Source: Candidatus Cloacimonadota bacterium (GTDB taxonomy: Bacteria > Cloacimonadota > Cloacimonadia > JGIOTU-2). From it: a DNA stretch of 64,000 nucleotides. A program made the position numbers and the translations under genes. This document shows, one piece after another, positions 39,879-49,276 of the stretch. The notes beneath the pieces are model-generated. The model was not told where the DNA came from and did no database searches. It was given only the letters and a program-made list of their open reading frames with translations. Numbering within the stretch: the stretch's first letter is position 1; each line of letters starts with the position of its first letter. Location: the NCBI GenBank assembly GCA_049903315.1, contig JBNGBT010000003.1, forward strand, positions 32,001 through 96,000, in the 5' to 3' direction.

Positions 39879-41702
39879 ATGAAAAGATTTATAATTTTCA
39901 CCTTCTTTTTTTCCATGATATGTACTGCCCTATTTTCTCGATCATTAATTGACAGCCTGGAAACAGAGCTATTAACAGCTGACGGAAAAGCAAGGATAAA
40001 AATATTGTTTAAATTGGCTGAGCAATATCGAAATACTGATCCGCAGAAATCAATAGAATTCGCTGAAGAAGTTTTGCCGGAGATCGATCAAATTGAAAAC
40101 TCCGTTAATAGAGCCATATTTCTCAATAATTTAGGTTGGGCATATTACAATATCAAAGAGTTCCAGAATGCTTTAGATGTAACCAAAAGAGCATTAGTGT
40201 TAAGTGAACAGATTGATCATCAGGGGCTTATATCATTTTCTCTTAACAGTCTTGGCACCATTTATTGGGGGCAAAATAATTATAAAAAGGCTTTAGAAAA
40301 TCACCTTAAAGCTTTAAAAATTAGTGAAACATTGAATGACAGTGTGAATATTGCAAAAACAATGAATAACATTGGTCTAATTTTATTTGCGGAAGATAAT
40401 TACGATAAGTGTCTCGAATATTATCTGAAAGCCTTAGAGATACAGAATGAACTGGGTAATAAATTGGATATTGCAATCACAAACCAGAATATTGCTCATG
40501 TTTATGGTATGCTCGATGATTATGAGAAAACAATACAGTACCATATTTCTTCTTTAAAATTAGCAGAAGAGATAGGGTATGAAAGACTTGTCGGAGTAAT
40601 ACTAACTAATATGGCTATTTCCTATGCATACATGGATAAAATTGAGTTGGCACTAGAATATTTTGATAGAGCGCTGACTATAACGAGGAGGCTTGATGAT
40701 AAAGGTAATATAGCCAGGGCTTTGCATTATATTGCTGCAATAAACAAAGATAAGGGAAAGTATGATGAAGCTATTTCAATAGAGAGAGAAGCACTTGAAA
40801 TGGCTCAAGAAATTAATGATCAATTACAGATTAAATATATTTTAGAGGAATTGTCTTATATGTATGCTGACCTGAATGATTTTGAAAAAGCATATAATAA
40901 TCATGTAAGATTTAAAGAAATAAATGATTCCATATTCAATATTGAGAAATTCGAACAGATCACCGAAATGGAAACCAAATACGAAACAGAAAAGAAAGAA
41001 CAGCAGATCACTCTTCTCGAAAAAGACAATACCATTGCAGGAATGAAGATAAAGCGGCAAAGATTACTTTTGCTTTATTCTGCTATTGGAGTTGTATTGA
41101 TTCTGGCATTTGTATTAATTCTCTCTAATCTGTACAGGCAGAAGACAAAAACTGCCGCAGCTCTTGCTGTCGCAAATGGGAAGCTCGAAGAATTATCCCG
41201 AACCGACCCACTTACAAAGTTATGGAACCGCAGATATATGTACGAGATAATAGAGCGTGAAAGAGTGAGAATAAAAAGGTCCTTCGAAGCATTTTCCTTC
41301 ATTCTTATGGATATCGACCATTTCAAAATTGTAAATGACACCTACGGGCATGAGTGCGGAGATTATGTGCTCTCGACAATGGCAGTTATTCTGCGCTCAG
41401 CAGTGCGAAAACAGGATGTCGTTGGACGATGGGGCGGAGAGGAATTTCTTTTGTTTTTGCCGTCAACTGCACTCAAAGGCGCGATAACAATTGCTGAATC
41501 CATACGAAAAAAGATCGCAGATTATCCGTTTAGTTATGACTCAAAAGAGATTGCTATAACCTCCACGCTTGGAGTGAGTGAGTATGACGAGACAGTTTCA
41601 GTAGAAGAATGTATCAAGCTTGCTGATGATGGATTGTACACAGGAAAAGAGAGCGGAAGAAACAGGGTCGTGTCTGTTCAGGTAGAGGATAAGGGAGTAT
41701 AG
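39879..41702 (+). CDS. Periplasmic TPR-sensor diguanylate cyclase
   Basis: Signal peptide, TPR repeats, TM, TDPLT.L.NRR, DIDHFK.VND.YGH, RKQD I-site, GGEEF. Confidence 0.93.
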   Translation: MKRFIIFTFFFSMICTALFSRSLIDSLETELLTADGKARIKILFKLAEQYRNTDPQKSIEFAEEVLPEIDQIENSVNRAIFLNNLGWAYYNIKEFQNALDVTKRALVLSEQIDHQGLISFSLNSLGTIYWGQNNYKKALENHLKALKISETLNDSVNIAKTMNNIGLILFAEDNYDKCLEYYLKALEIQNELGNKLDIAITNQNIAHVYGMLDDYEKTIQYHISSLKLAEEIGYERLVGVILTNMAISYAYMDKIELALEYFDRALTITRRLDDKGNIARALHYIAAINKDKGKYDEAISIEREALEMAQEINDQLQIKYILEELSYMYADLNDFEKAYNNHVRFKEINDSIFNIEKFEQITEMETKYETEKKEQQITLLEKDNTIAGMKIKRQRLLLLYSAIGVVLILAFVLILSNLYRQKTKTAAALAVANGKLEELSRTDPLTKLWNRRYMYEIIERERVRIKRSFEAFSFILMDIDHFKIVNDTYGHECGDYVLSTMAVILRSAVRKQDVVGRWGGEEFLLFLPSTALKGAITIAESIRKKIADYPFSYDSKEIAITSTLGVSEYDETVSVEECIKLADDGLYTGKESGRNRVVSVQVEDKGV

Positions 41703-41820
41703 TGTAATTTTTTAATATAAAATTGAGGTGCAGCAAAATTGACATTTTATGCTAGTTTGTAATTTATAGCTTATCATATTAAAAAGAGAAAAATGAAAAT
41801 TCATTTTATCGAGGTCAAAA

Positions 41821-42228
41821 ATGAAAAAGATCAAGTTTTTAACTATAATCCTGATCGTATGTGCTTTTTGGTCATGCAATCTATTTAAAGCGCACCATAA
41901 TGATAATATTACAGAGAACACTCCCATAATAACAAATGTTGAAGATGCTTACACATATACGGTTAATGCAGAAGCATTTTCCGACAGCACACGTGAAGCT
42001 CTTGTTTTCGGCAGTAATGAAGCCGTCCTTACGTATACAGTTCTAGATTATTCTGAGGGCTTTATTACTCTCGAAATTGATAATTCGGATACTTTGACTA
42101 TTTATAACGACACGATCGATGGCAATATTATCATCGTAGAAGATATCAACGAAAAGCCCTGTTTCATAGAGCTTGTGTTTGAAAACTTCAGTGGCATGTT
42201 TGAGCTTGCACTTGCGAGGGAAGATTAG
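41821..42228 (+). CDS. Hypothetical lipoprotein
   Basis: Lipoprotein-type signal ending FWSC. Confidence 0.7.
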   Translation: MKKIKFLTIILIVCAFWSCNLFKAHHNDNITENTPIITNVEDAYTYTVNAEAFSDSTREALVFGSNEAVLTYTVLDYSEGFITLEIDNSDTLTIYNDTIDGNIIIVEDINEKPCFIELVFENFSGMFELALARED

Positions 42229-42275
42229 AGAAGTACTATTTGTTTTTACAAAACTAAATTAGGATATAAAACTCA

Positions 42276-42932
42276 GTGAAACCATACGTCACCACAAAAA
42301 CTCTTGAAGCAAAAACACAGCAATGGCTTGATAAAATTTCTCCTTTTAATCAGCATAAAATGGAGCTTGATACAGAGCATGCCTGCCTGCTGGTCATCGA
42401 TATGCAGAAATTTTTTCTTGATCCCAACTCACCGACCTATACCTGCGGCGGTGCTGCAATTCTACCAAATATAAAGAAATTGATAGAACAATTCAGAAAG
42501 CTCAAACGTCCGGTTATCTATACAAAACATGTCCATCATCCCGATAAATTGGACGCAGGCATCATGGGATGGTGGTGGGAAGGCATGTGCAAAGAAGGCA
42601 GTCCGGAAAGTGATATTGTAGAAGAATTATACCCTTTGCCCAATGAAAAAGTTGTTTTGAAACATCGGTACTCATCCTTTTATAATACAGATCTGGAAAT
42701 TGTGCTCAGATGCCTTGGCATCAAAGATGTAATTATCACAGGAATTATGACGTGCATGTGCTGCGAATCGACTGCGCGGGATGCGTATTATAGGGATTAT
42801 CGCGTATTCTTTCCTGCTGACGGCACAGGTGCGATCAACGAAGAGATGCATTTAGCGAGTCTGCTGAACCTTGGGTTTGGCTTTGCGTATATTACAAAAG
42901 TTAAGGAAATATTAACCCAACTTAAAAAGTAA
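42276..42932 (+). CDS. Isochorismatase-family cysteine hydrolase
   Basis: LLVIDMQ, KHRYSSF, GIMTCMCCESTARDA. Confidence 0.92.
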   Translation: MKPYVTTKTLEAKTQQWLDKISPFNQHKMELDTEHACLLVIDMQKFFLDPNSPTYTCGGAAILPNIKKLIEQFRKLKRPVIYTKHVHHPDKLDAGIMGWWWEGMCKEGSPESDIVEELYPLPNEKVVLKHRYSSFYNTDLEIVLRCLGIKDVIITGIMTCMCCESTARDAYYRDYRVFFPADGTGAINEEMHLASLLNLGFGFAYITKVKEILTQLKK

Positions 42933-43136
42933 GAAATTTTTAAATTCGGAATGTCTTTATGGCGTACTTGTCACAAGCTCTCGACTTAGATGCACTTGAG
43001 ATATGTCGGAGTATATAACTTATTATTAATAACTCACCTCTAATTTTTATTCCTTAATTCCGACTTATGACAAGAATTCAGTATCGTAGAGCATGTCTTA
43101 AGTGTATCGAAAAAATAGAACTTACCTGCTTTATTC

Positions 43137-43856
43137 TTACTTCTTGCCAATAAAAAACAGCGAACTTGCAGGCGCATAGCCGTAGGTTTCTATCCAATCG
43201 ATGAGTTCATCAATCTTACGTGTATAGCTCTCAAATTCAGGAATTTCTTTATAACGATTGAGAGCTTGTGTTATACTCGCTTTCATTTTCGTAATGAATT
43301 CCGGATTTTTCGGATCATCGACGGGATAGGTCAGGTCGAATACTTCAAGCTGTGAGAAAGGAAATTTCTTTACGATCCTACGAATTCTATCTCTGCTATA
43401 GGTGTGGTCGTGGAAATCACCTTTTACCATATCGAGATCAGCAGCGAGGTGGTGGATTTTAATATGTGAATGCTGCGCTTCGGTTTGATCTCCGTCACCA
43501 TACATCTCTCCAATGAAAAAATACCCGCCCGTCTTGAGCACTCTGAACATTTCCGAAAGTACTGTATCCAACTTCTTCATGTGGTGAAGAGAATATTGAA
43601 TACCGACGGTATCAAACGTATTATCTTCGAAAGTGAGATTTTCTGCATCCATTTTAACGAAATGAACGGGCTTACCCTCAAATTGTTTTTGTGCATATTC
43701 AAGCGCTTTTTCATGAACATCAATACCGACAAAGTCCTGATAATCATTAAGTGTTTCCATTAGCATTTTGATGAATTGCCCCGATCCAGTTGCCACATCG
43801 AGCACTTTCCCGCCTGAAATCTCTTTTAATCGTATTTCCAATTTTTCTAAATCCAT
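43137..43856 (-). CDS. Class I SAM-dependent methyltransferase
   Basis: VLDVATGSG, MDAENL.F.DNTFD, EMFRVLK.GG. Confidence 0.9.
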   Translation of the reverse strand: MDLEKLEIRLKEISGGKVLDVATGSGQFIKMLMETLNDYQDFVGIDVHEKALEYAQKQFEGKPVHFVKMDAENLTFEDNTFDTVGIQYSLHHMKKLDTVLSEMFRVLKTGGYFFIGEMYGDGDQTEAQHSHIKIHHLAADLDMVKGDFHDHTYSRDRIRRIVKKFPFSQLEVFDLTYPVDDPKNPEFITKMKASITQALNRYKEIPEFESYTRKIDELIDWIETYGYAPASSLFFIGKK

Positions 43857-43958
43857 ATGCCTGTTTCTGTGGGAGCATTATGATAAGTCAATAATAATTT
43901 CTTAGACAACGAGAAGATGATTTTTCAAACATTGCATTTCAGAAAGAGTAAAAAAAAT

Positions 43959-44516
43959 ATGCCATTATTTCAAGTTTTGTTTATTGCGGTCGGTCTTGCG
44001 ATGGATGCCTTTGCGGTTTCCCTTGCAAGTGGATTCTCTTTGAGGAGATCTTATGTATTTTGGAGTGCTATAATCGCCTTGTTTTTTGGTGGATTTCAAG
44101 CGCTCATGACGATAATCGGCTGGTTTGGAGGTAATTTATTCCGTGAGTATATTGAGAAGTTCGATCACTGGATCGCGTTTGGTCTCTTGCTCATCATCGG
44201 TTGCCGCATGATTTATGAAACATTTTGTTCACATCCTGAAAAAAAGCTTATTCGTCCGACAAATCTCCTGGTTTTGTTAGGTCTCGCCATTGCCACCAGC
44301 ATCGATGCGCTTGCTGTGGGATTAAGTTTTTCATTGCTTGACACACAGATCTTTTTACCTGCACTTTTAATCGGTATAGTGACATTTATTATTTCGTTTT
44401 GCGGAGTAATGTTGGGAAAATCTCTGGGAGAAAAATGGGGAGAAAGAGCCCACGTTTTTGGAGGAATTGTATTGATCCTTATCGGGATTAAAATACTTTT
44501 GGAGCACCTTACATAA
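43959..44516 (+). CDS. mntP: Manganese efflux pump MntP
   Basis: GLAMDAFAVS, FQALM, DHWIAF, LAIATSIDALAVG. Confidence 0.92.
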   Translation: MPLFQVLFIAVGLAMDAFAVSLASGFSLRRSYVFWSAIIALFFGGFQALMTIIGWFGGNLFREYIEKFDHWIAFGLLLIIGCRMIYETFCSHPEKKLIRPTNLLVLLGLAIATSIDALAVGLSFSLLDTQIFLPALLIGIVTFIISFCGVMLGKSLGEKWGERAHVFGGIVLILIGIKILLEHLT

Positions 44517-44521
44517 AATAG

Positions 44522-44560
44522 TTGACAATCTATTTTGCTTGTTGGCAAACTTGCCAACAA
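44522..44560 (+). promoter_or_regulatory. Sigma-70-type -35 box (TTGACA) followed by a perfect 10-2-10 palindrome, probable ArsR operator
   Basis: ttgaca 44522-44527; ttgttggcaa-ac-ttgccaacaa 44539-44560 directly upstream of the ArsR gene. Confidence 0.75.
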
Positions 44561-44574
44561 AGAAAGAAGGTGCT

Positions 44575-44898
44575 ATGATAACCTATAAAGAAGCGGAAAT
44601 AAGAAGCGAGGTCATCAAGGCAATGGCGCATCCGGTGCGGTTAATGGTGATCGAACTTCTAAAAGATGGCGAGAAGACCTTTTCCGAGCTGATGGAGTAT
44701 TTTGATATTGATAAATCAACCCTTTCCAAACACATCAGCGTACTGAAGGTTGCGGGTATCGTGTCATCTCAAAAAAGCGGTGCGGAGTCGGTTTTTCGAC
44801 TTCAGGTGCCGTGTGTTACTGAGTTCTTCAGCTGCGTGACCGCAGTGATACAAGATAAAATTACACAGCAGCAATGTTGCATCCGACCTGTAGATTAG
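44575..44898 (+). CDS. ArsR/SmtB family transcriptional regulator
   Basis: KAMAHPVRL, STLSKHISVLK.AGIV, C-terminal Cys residues; gaagg RBS before ATG 44575. Confidence 0.92.
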   Translation: MITYKEAEIRSEVIKAMAHPVRLMVIELLKDGEKTFSELMEYFDIDKSTLSKHISVLKVAGIVSSQKSGAESVFRLQVPCVTEFFSCVTAVIQDKITQQQCCIRPVD

Positions 44899-44907
44899 AG
44901 GAATTCT

Positions 44908-46029
44908 ATGAATAGAGAATGGAAAAAATTCTTCTGGCTGATTGCGGCGTTCCTCGCCTTGTATTTTCTACCTTTTAATAAACAGATTGTTGCCGGTGCC
45001 CTTATAAACGGATTTTCTTTGCTCCACGAATATGCACGCGATCATGTACTTTTATGCCTTGTTCCGGCTTTTTTTATAGCAGGAGCGATCACAGTTTTTG
45101 TCAAAAAGGATGCAGTTCTCAAGTTGCTCGGTCCAAAGACCAAGAAGTGGATTTCCTACCCTATTGCTTCGATCTCGGGCGGAATTTTGGCAGTTTGCTC
45201 ATGCACAATCCTCCCTCTTTTTGCAGGTATCTGGAAGCGTGGCGCTGGCATCGGTCCCGCAACGACATTTCTCTATGCAGGTCCCGCAATCAATGTTGCA
45301 GCAATATTTCTGACTGGCACCGTTCTCGGGTGGGAACTTTCATTAGTTCGCCTGTTCTTTGCAATTTTCGGCGCAATCCTAATTGGATTGATTATGGGAA
45401 CACTCTTCAGGAATAATGCTGATGCCACGCAAAATGGATTTTCAGTTTCATCTGAAGAAAGCAATGTCTCAACAATCCCGATCGTGCTCTTATTCCTTAT
45501 GCAGCTTGCCTTTCTGATAACTGGCGGCTTAGCGATCAACGGCATTTTGAAATCAGTTCTATTGATTTTATATGTTATTATCATTTTGTATATCATTTTT
45601 TTCAAAATTGATAAAGAGTACCGAACTGGCTGGATCGATGAAACCTGGTCATTCACCAAAAAGATACTTCCCTTTCTCTTTGTCGGAATTTTTGTTGCAG
45701 GAGTTGTTGCAAAGGCATTACCCGAACATCTCATAAATTCTTTACTCGGCGGCAATCGACTTTTCTCAACTTTTTTTGCTTCAATATTTGGCGCAGTCAT
45801 GTATTTTGCTACCCTCACAGAAGTTCCGATCATACAATCCTTGATGTCTTTGGGTATGGGCAAAGGACCGGCACTAGCGCTCTTTCTCGCTGGATATTCT
45901 CTCAGCTTACCCAATATCATCGTGCTCAACAAGCTACTCGGCTTCAAAAGAGCGATGACCTATATCATATTGATAGTCGTCTATTCAGCAGGAGCTGGAT
46001 ATTTGTATGGAAATTATTTATTCGTATAG
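44908..46029 (+). CDS. ArsP/DUF318-family permease
   Basis: HVLLCLVPAFFIAGAI, LAVCSCTILPLF, GPAIN, MYFATLTEVP, GPALA. Confidence 0.9.
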   Translation: MNREWKKFFWLIAAFLALYFLPFNKQIVAGALINGFSLLHEYARDHVLLCLVPAFFIAGAITVFVKKDAVLKLLGPKTKKWISYPIASISGGILAVCSCTILPLFAGIWKRGAGIGPATTFLYAGPAINVAAIFLTGTVLGWELSLVRLFFAIFGAILIGLIMGTLFRNNADATQNGFSVSSEESNVSTIPIVLLFLMQLAFLITGGLAINGILKSVLLILYVIIILYIIFFKIDKEYRTGWIDETWSFTKKILPFLFVGIFVAGVVAKALPEHLINSLLGGNRLFSTFFASIFGAVMYFATLTEVPIIQSLMSLGMGKGPALALFLAGYSLSLPNIIVLNKLLGFKRAMTYIILIVVYSAGAGYLYGNYLFV

Positions 46030-46036
46030 GAGAAAA

Positions 46037-46546
46037 ATGCTACATAAAATCACCATAACCTTACTGTTGTCTGCTGCGCTCATGCTTTTGAGTTGTACTC
46101 AAGGGGAAACTGATTCAAAATATCAAAAAACTGATCCGAATCAAACAAATGACCAAATCCAAAAGGAAAGGAGTTTAGATGAAGATCAGATTACTTCCCC
46201 GATAGAAAAAAAGGATCAGGTGGCACCCGAAGCTGAAAAAGAGACCTTGTCCGAAGAAGTAAATATAAAAGTTACATTTATTGAACTCGGCTCTAAGGAT
46301 TGTGTTCCCTGCAAAATGATGGAACCGATTCTTGATGAAATCAGAGAGGAATATAGCGATCAGGTAAATGTCGTGTTTCATGACGTGAAAACCAAAGAAG
46401 GTTATGCGTATGCTCAGCAATACAAGATCCGCGTGATTCCTACTCAGGTTTTTCTCGACAGCAATGGCGATGAGTATTTCCGGCACGAGGGATTTTTCCC
46501 CAAAGAAGAGTTGGTGAAAGTCTTCACTCAAAAGGGAGTAAAATAA
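46037..46546 (+). CDS. Thioredoxin-like lipoprotein
   Basis: Lipobox LLSC; ELGS..CVPCKMM; IPTQVF; RHEGF; aggag RBS. Confidence 0.88.
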   Translation: MLHKITITLLLSAALMLLSCTQGETDSKYQKTDPNQTNDQIQKERSLDEDQITSPIEKKDQVAPEAEKETLSEEVNIKVTFIELGSKDCVPCKMMEPILDEIREEYSDQVNVVFHDVKTKEGYAYAQQYKIRVIPTQVFLDSNGDEYFRHEGFFPKEELVKVFTQKGVK

Positions 46547-46556
46547 TCGAGGCACT

Positions 46557-47264
46557 ATGATAGAGAACATTTTCACATGGCTGACTCACGCGCTGTATAC
46601 ATCGGTAGTTCTGTCTCTGCTAGCTTCGTTTTTGTGGGGCATATTGAGCATATTGCTCAGTCCATGCCATCTCACCAGTATTCCGCTCATTGTTGGTTTC
46701 ATAGATGATCAAGGACGTATCTCGACAAAACGGGCATTCTTAATCTCATTACTTTTCGCATTAGGTATTCTCATCACGATTGGTGTTATAGGCATTATTA
46801 CTAGTTTAATGGGAAGGATGTTGGGTGATATCGGCAATATCGGAAATTATATTATTGCGCTCATATTCTTTGTTATCGGTTTACATCTACTTGAAGTCAT
46901 TCCGCTTCCATTTGTAGGAAATGCTCAACAGCCGAAATTCAAAAAGAAAGGTCCCTTAGCAGCTTTTGTTATCGGTTTATTGTTTGGGATAGCACTTGGA
47001 CCATGCACCTTTGCCTATATGGCTCCAATGCTGGGAATTGTATTCAACGTATCATCTACCAATGTATTTTATGGTGCTTCCCTGATCTTTGCATATGCAC
47101 TCGGTCATTGTATTATAATCGTTCTAGCAGGTACTTTCACACAAGTAGTCCAGAAATATCTTCATTGGAATGAAAGAACAAAAGGGGCAATTATTGTAAA
47201 AAAAGTGTGCGGAGTTTTAGTCATTCTCGGTGGTATTTATCTTGTGATCAATGTTCTATTATAA
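46557..47264 (+). CDS. ccdA: Cytochrome c biogenesis CcdA/DsbD-TM family protein
   Basis: LSPCHL..IPL and LGPCT motifs in a multi-TM protein. Confidence 0.88.
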   Translation: MIENIFTWLTHALYTSVVLSLLASFLWGILSILLSPCHLTSIPLIVGFIDDQGRISTKRAFLISLLFALGILITIGVIGIITSLMGRMLGDIGNIGNYIIALIFFVIGLHLLEVIPLPFVGNAQQPKFKKKGPLAAFVIGLLFGIALGPCTFAYMAPMLGIVFNVSSTNVFYGASLIFAYALGHCIIIVLAGTFTQVVQKYLHWNERTKGAIIVKKVCGVLVILGGIYLVINVLL

Positions 47265-47350
47265 ATCGTTTAATATTTGAAAGACACATAGAATTAATCC
47301 TAGAAATTTAAAATGATAGAGATTTGTTTATTTATCTCGGAAAGGAAAAA

Positions 47351-47590
47351 ATGAATATTAAAATTTTAGGAGCCGGCTGCGCAAAATGCAGACAGCTTGA
47401 AAAGAATGTTCAGACTGCCCTCGTAAATCTTAAGAGCGATGCTACAGTCGAAAAAGTAACCGACATCAATGAAATCATGAAGTACGAGGTTATGATGACC
47501 CCAGCACTCGTTATTGATGGAGCGGTGAAATCAACTGGAAAAGTATTTACAGTGTACGAATTGGAGAAACTCCTTACGCAATTGCAGTAG
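47351..47590 (+). CDS. Small redox-active disulfide protein (MTH895/ArsE-like thioredoxin)
   Basis: IKILGAGCAKC, KVTD, TPALVIDG. Confidence 0.9.
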   Translation: MNIKILGAGCAKCRQLEKNVQTALVNLKSDATVEKVTDINEIMKYEVMMTPALVIDGAVKSTGKVFTVYELEKLLTQLQ

Positions 47591-47635
47591 AACTTTTTCT
47601 ATAAATCAGTTAATTATCTTGCCAGATTTATAAAT

Positions 47636-48553
47636 ATGGTTCAAAAAACACACATGGAACACTCGCTAAATAATAGCATTACTGAAGTCGAAAACCATGA
47701 GATCAAAAAGGTTACATGGATTGGACTCTTTGTAAATCTCATTCTCTCTCTGCTAAAGTTCACTGTTGGTATTCTTGGTTACAGCCAGGCAATTGTGGCG
47801 GATGCAGTTCATAGCGTTTCTGACATGGCTACTGACGCTGCGGTTCTTATTGGAGTGAAATACTGGTCTGCGCCCCCCGATAAAGATCATCCATACGGAC
47901 ACTGGCGGATAGAAACAATTATCACAGGTTTTATAGGGATCGCACTTGCTGCAGTTGCAGTCGGAATAGGATACAATGCAATTGCGACCTTGAAAGATCA
48001 CTGTATTGAGACTCCAAGGTGGATTGCAATAATTGGTGCGCTCGTTTCGATCATCGTGAAGGAGTTCTTGTATCACTGGAATGTTAAGGTTGGCAGGAAA
48101 GTGAAGTCCTCTGCCCTTATTGCGAATGCCTGGCATCACAGATCTGATGCGCTGAGTTCTATTCCTGCCCTGCTTGCAGTAGCAATTTCCGTGATCAAAC
48201 CTCAATGGGCATTTGTTGATCACATCGGTGCGATCATCGTTTCATTGATCATACTCAAAGTTTCATGGGATATAGTTTTACCTGCGCTGAAAAAATTATC
48301 AGATTCCGGTGTTTCTGCCAAAGAAACGGAGCATATCCGATCTATCGCAATGCGAGTCGATGGTGTTAAGGATGCTCATGCAATACGTACCCGCGATGCA
48401 GGACACGGTATTTTCGTTGATATGCATGTACTAGTTGACGGAGATATTTCTGTTTCTGAAGGACATAGTATATCTGAAAAAGTACAGGACGAGATAATAA
48501 AGAACGGGCCTGATGTGCTCGACGTGGTGGTTCATATCGAGCCATTCATATGA
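47636..48553 (+). CDS. Cation diffusion facilitator transporter
   Basis: ADAVHSVSD, HPYGH, ANAWHHRSDA, DMHV.V, VVVHIEP. Confidence 0.93.
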   Translation: MVQKTHMEHSLNNSITEVENHEIKKVTWIGLFVNLILSLLKFTVGILGYSQAIVADAVHSVSDMATDAAVLIGVKYWSAPPDKDHPYGHWRIETIITGFIGIALAAVAVGIGYNAIATLKDHCIETPRWIAIIGALVSIIVKEFLYHWNVKVGRKVKSSALIANAWHHRSDALSSIPALLAVAISVIKPQWAFVDHIGAIIVSLIILKVSWDIVLPALKKLSDSGVSAKETEHIRSIAMRVDGVKDAHAIRTRDAGHGIFVDMHVLVDGDISVSEGHSISEKVQDEIIKNGPDVLDVVVHIEPFI

Positions 48554-48615
48554 AAATACAAAAAGTATATTATAGACAAAGTTGACTAAAATTAAATTGT
48601 CTTTATAAAATATTT

Positions 48616-49185
48616 ATGAAAAGAGGTATAAATAGTATTACTGAAATTGATATAGAAAATATTGTTGGTTATAAAAAAATCGTTACTAGTTTAATTGAAT
48701 ATTATAAGAAATGCAAAAAAACGATCCTTGGAGAATTAAAAGATCTTCCTTCTAAGGGTAGTATACAACCAAAAAGAAGAGGTAAGAAATATTATTATTA
48801 CCTCGCTTTCAGAGAAAACGACAAAGTAAAGTTCAAATATATAGGAAAAGTTCGACCAATTGAATTAGAGGAAAAGTTGAAAAGAAGCAAGGAGTTAAAA
48901 AGAAAGCTTACTTTAATTAATGGTTTTTTATATTCTTTAGGAATGGCGAGACGTACCAATAGATTATCTCTTTCGATGCGTTTCCAGATTTTTGAAAGAG
49001 ATAATTTTACGTGTCAATATTGTGGTAGAAATGTTAAGGAAAATAATGTTATTTTAACTGTTGATCATATTTTACCCAAAAAGTTGGGCGGATCAGATAA
49101 ATTTGATAATCTTATTACGTCCTGTAGGGATTGTAATTTGGGAAAGCATGCCCATTATTACAAGTCAATCATAGATGGAGAATAG
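48616..49185 (+). CDS. HNH endonuclease with basic N-terminal domain
   Basis: RF.IFERDNFTCQYCG, VDHI.P...GG....NL..SC..CN.GK. Confidence 0.85.
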   Translation: MKRGINSITEIDIENIVGYKKIVTSLIEYYKKCKKTILGELKDLPSKGSIQPKRRGKKYYYYLAFRENDKVKFKYIGKVRPIELEEKLKRSKELKRKLTLINGFLYSLGMARRTNRLSLSMRFQIFERDNFTCQYCGRNVKENNVILTVDHILPKKLGGSDKFDNLITSCRDCNLGKHAHYYKSIIDGE

Positions 49186-49217
49186 CCTTCGTTTGTTTTT
49201 TAGAATACCAACCTCCT

Positions 49218-49246
49218 TTGACATAACCACTAATAACACCTATATT
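49218..49246 (+). promoter_or_regulatory. Sigma-70-type promoter upstream of htpG
   Basis: TTGACA-17 nt-TATATT. Confidence 0.6.
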
Positions 49247-49276
49247 ATCTATTAAAAATATTTGAGGATTTTACCT

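Noticed and set aside
43137..43856. Arsenite methyltransferase ArsM next to the ArsR cluster
   Set aside because: The protein has no cysteines, which ArsM catalysis requires.
43857..43958. yybP-ykoY Mn riboswitch upstream of mntP
   Set aside because: The region is short and AT-rich, and I could not see the conserved motif or helices.
44543..44554. Sigma-54 promoter (TGGCA...TTGC) inside the palindrome
   Set aside because: GG-to-GC spacing is 7 nt, not the required 10.
45273..45947. Long antisense ORFs (also 5218..5733, 27707..28207, 47753..48223, 50582..51019)
   Set aside because: Shadow frames opposite well-supported genes, with no motifs.
49186..49276. CIRCE element upstream of htpG
   Set aside because: No TTAGCACTC-N9-GAGTGCTAA match.
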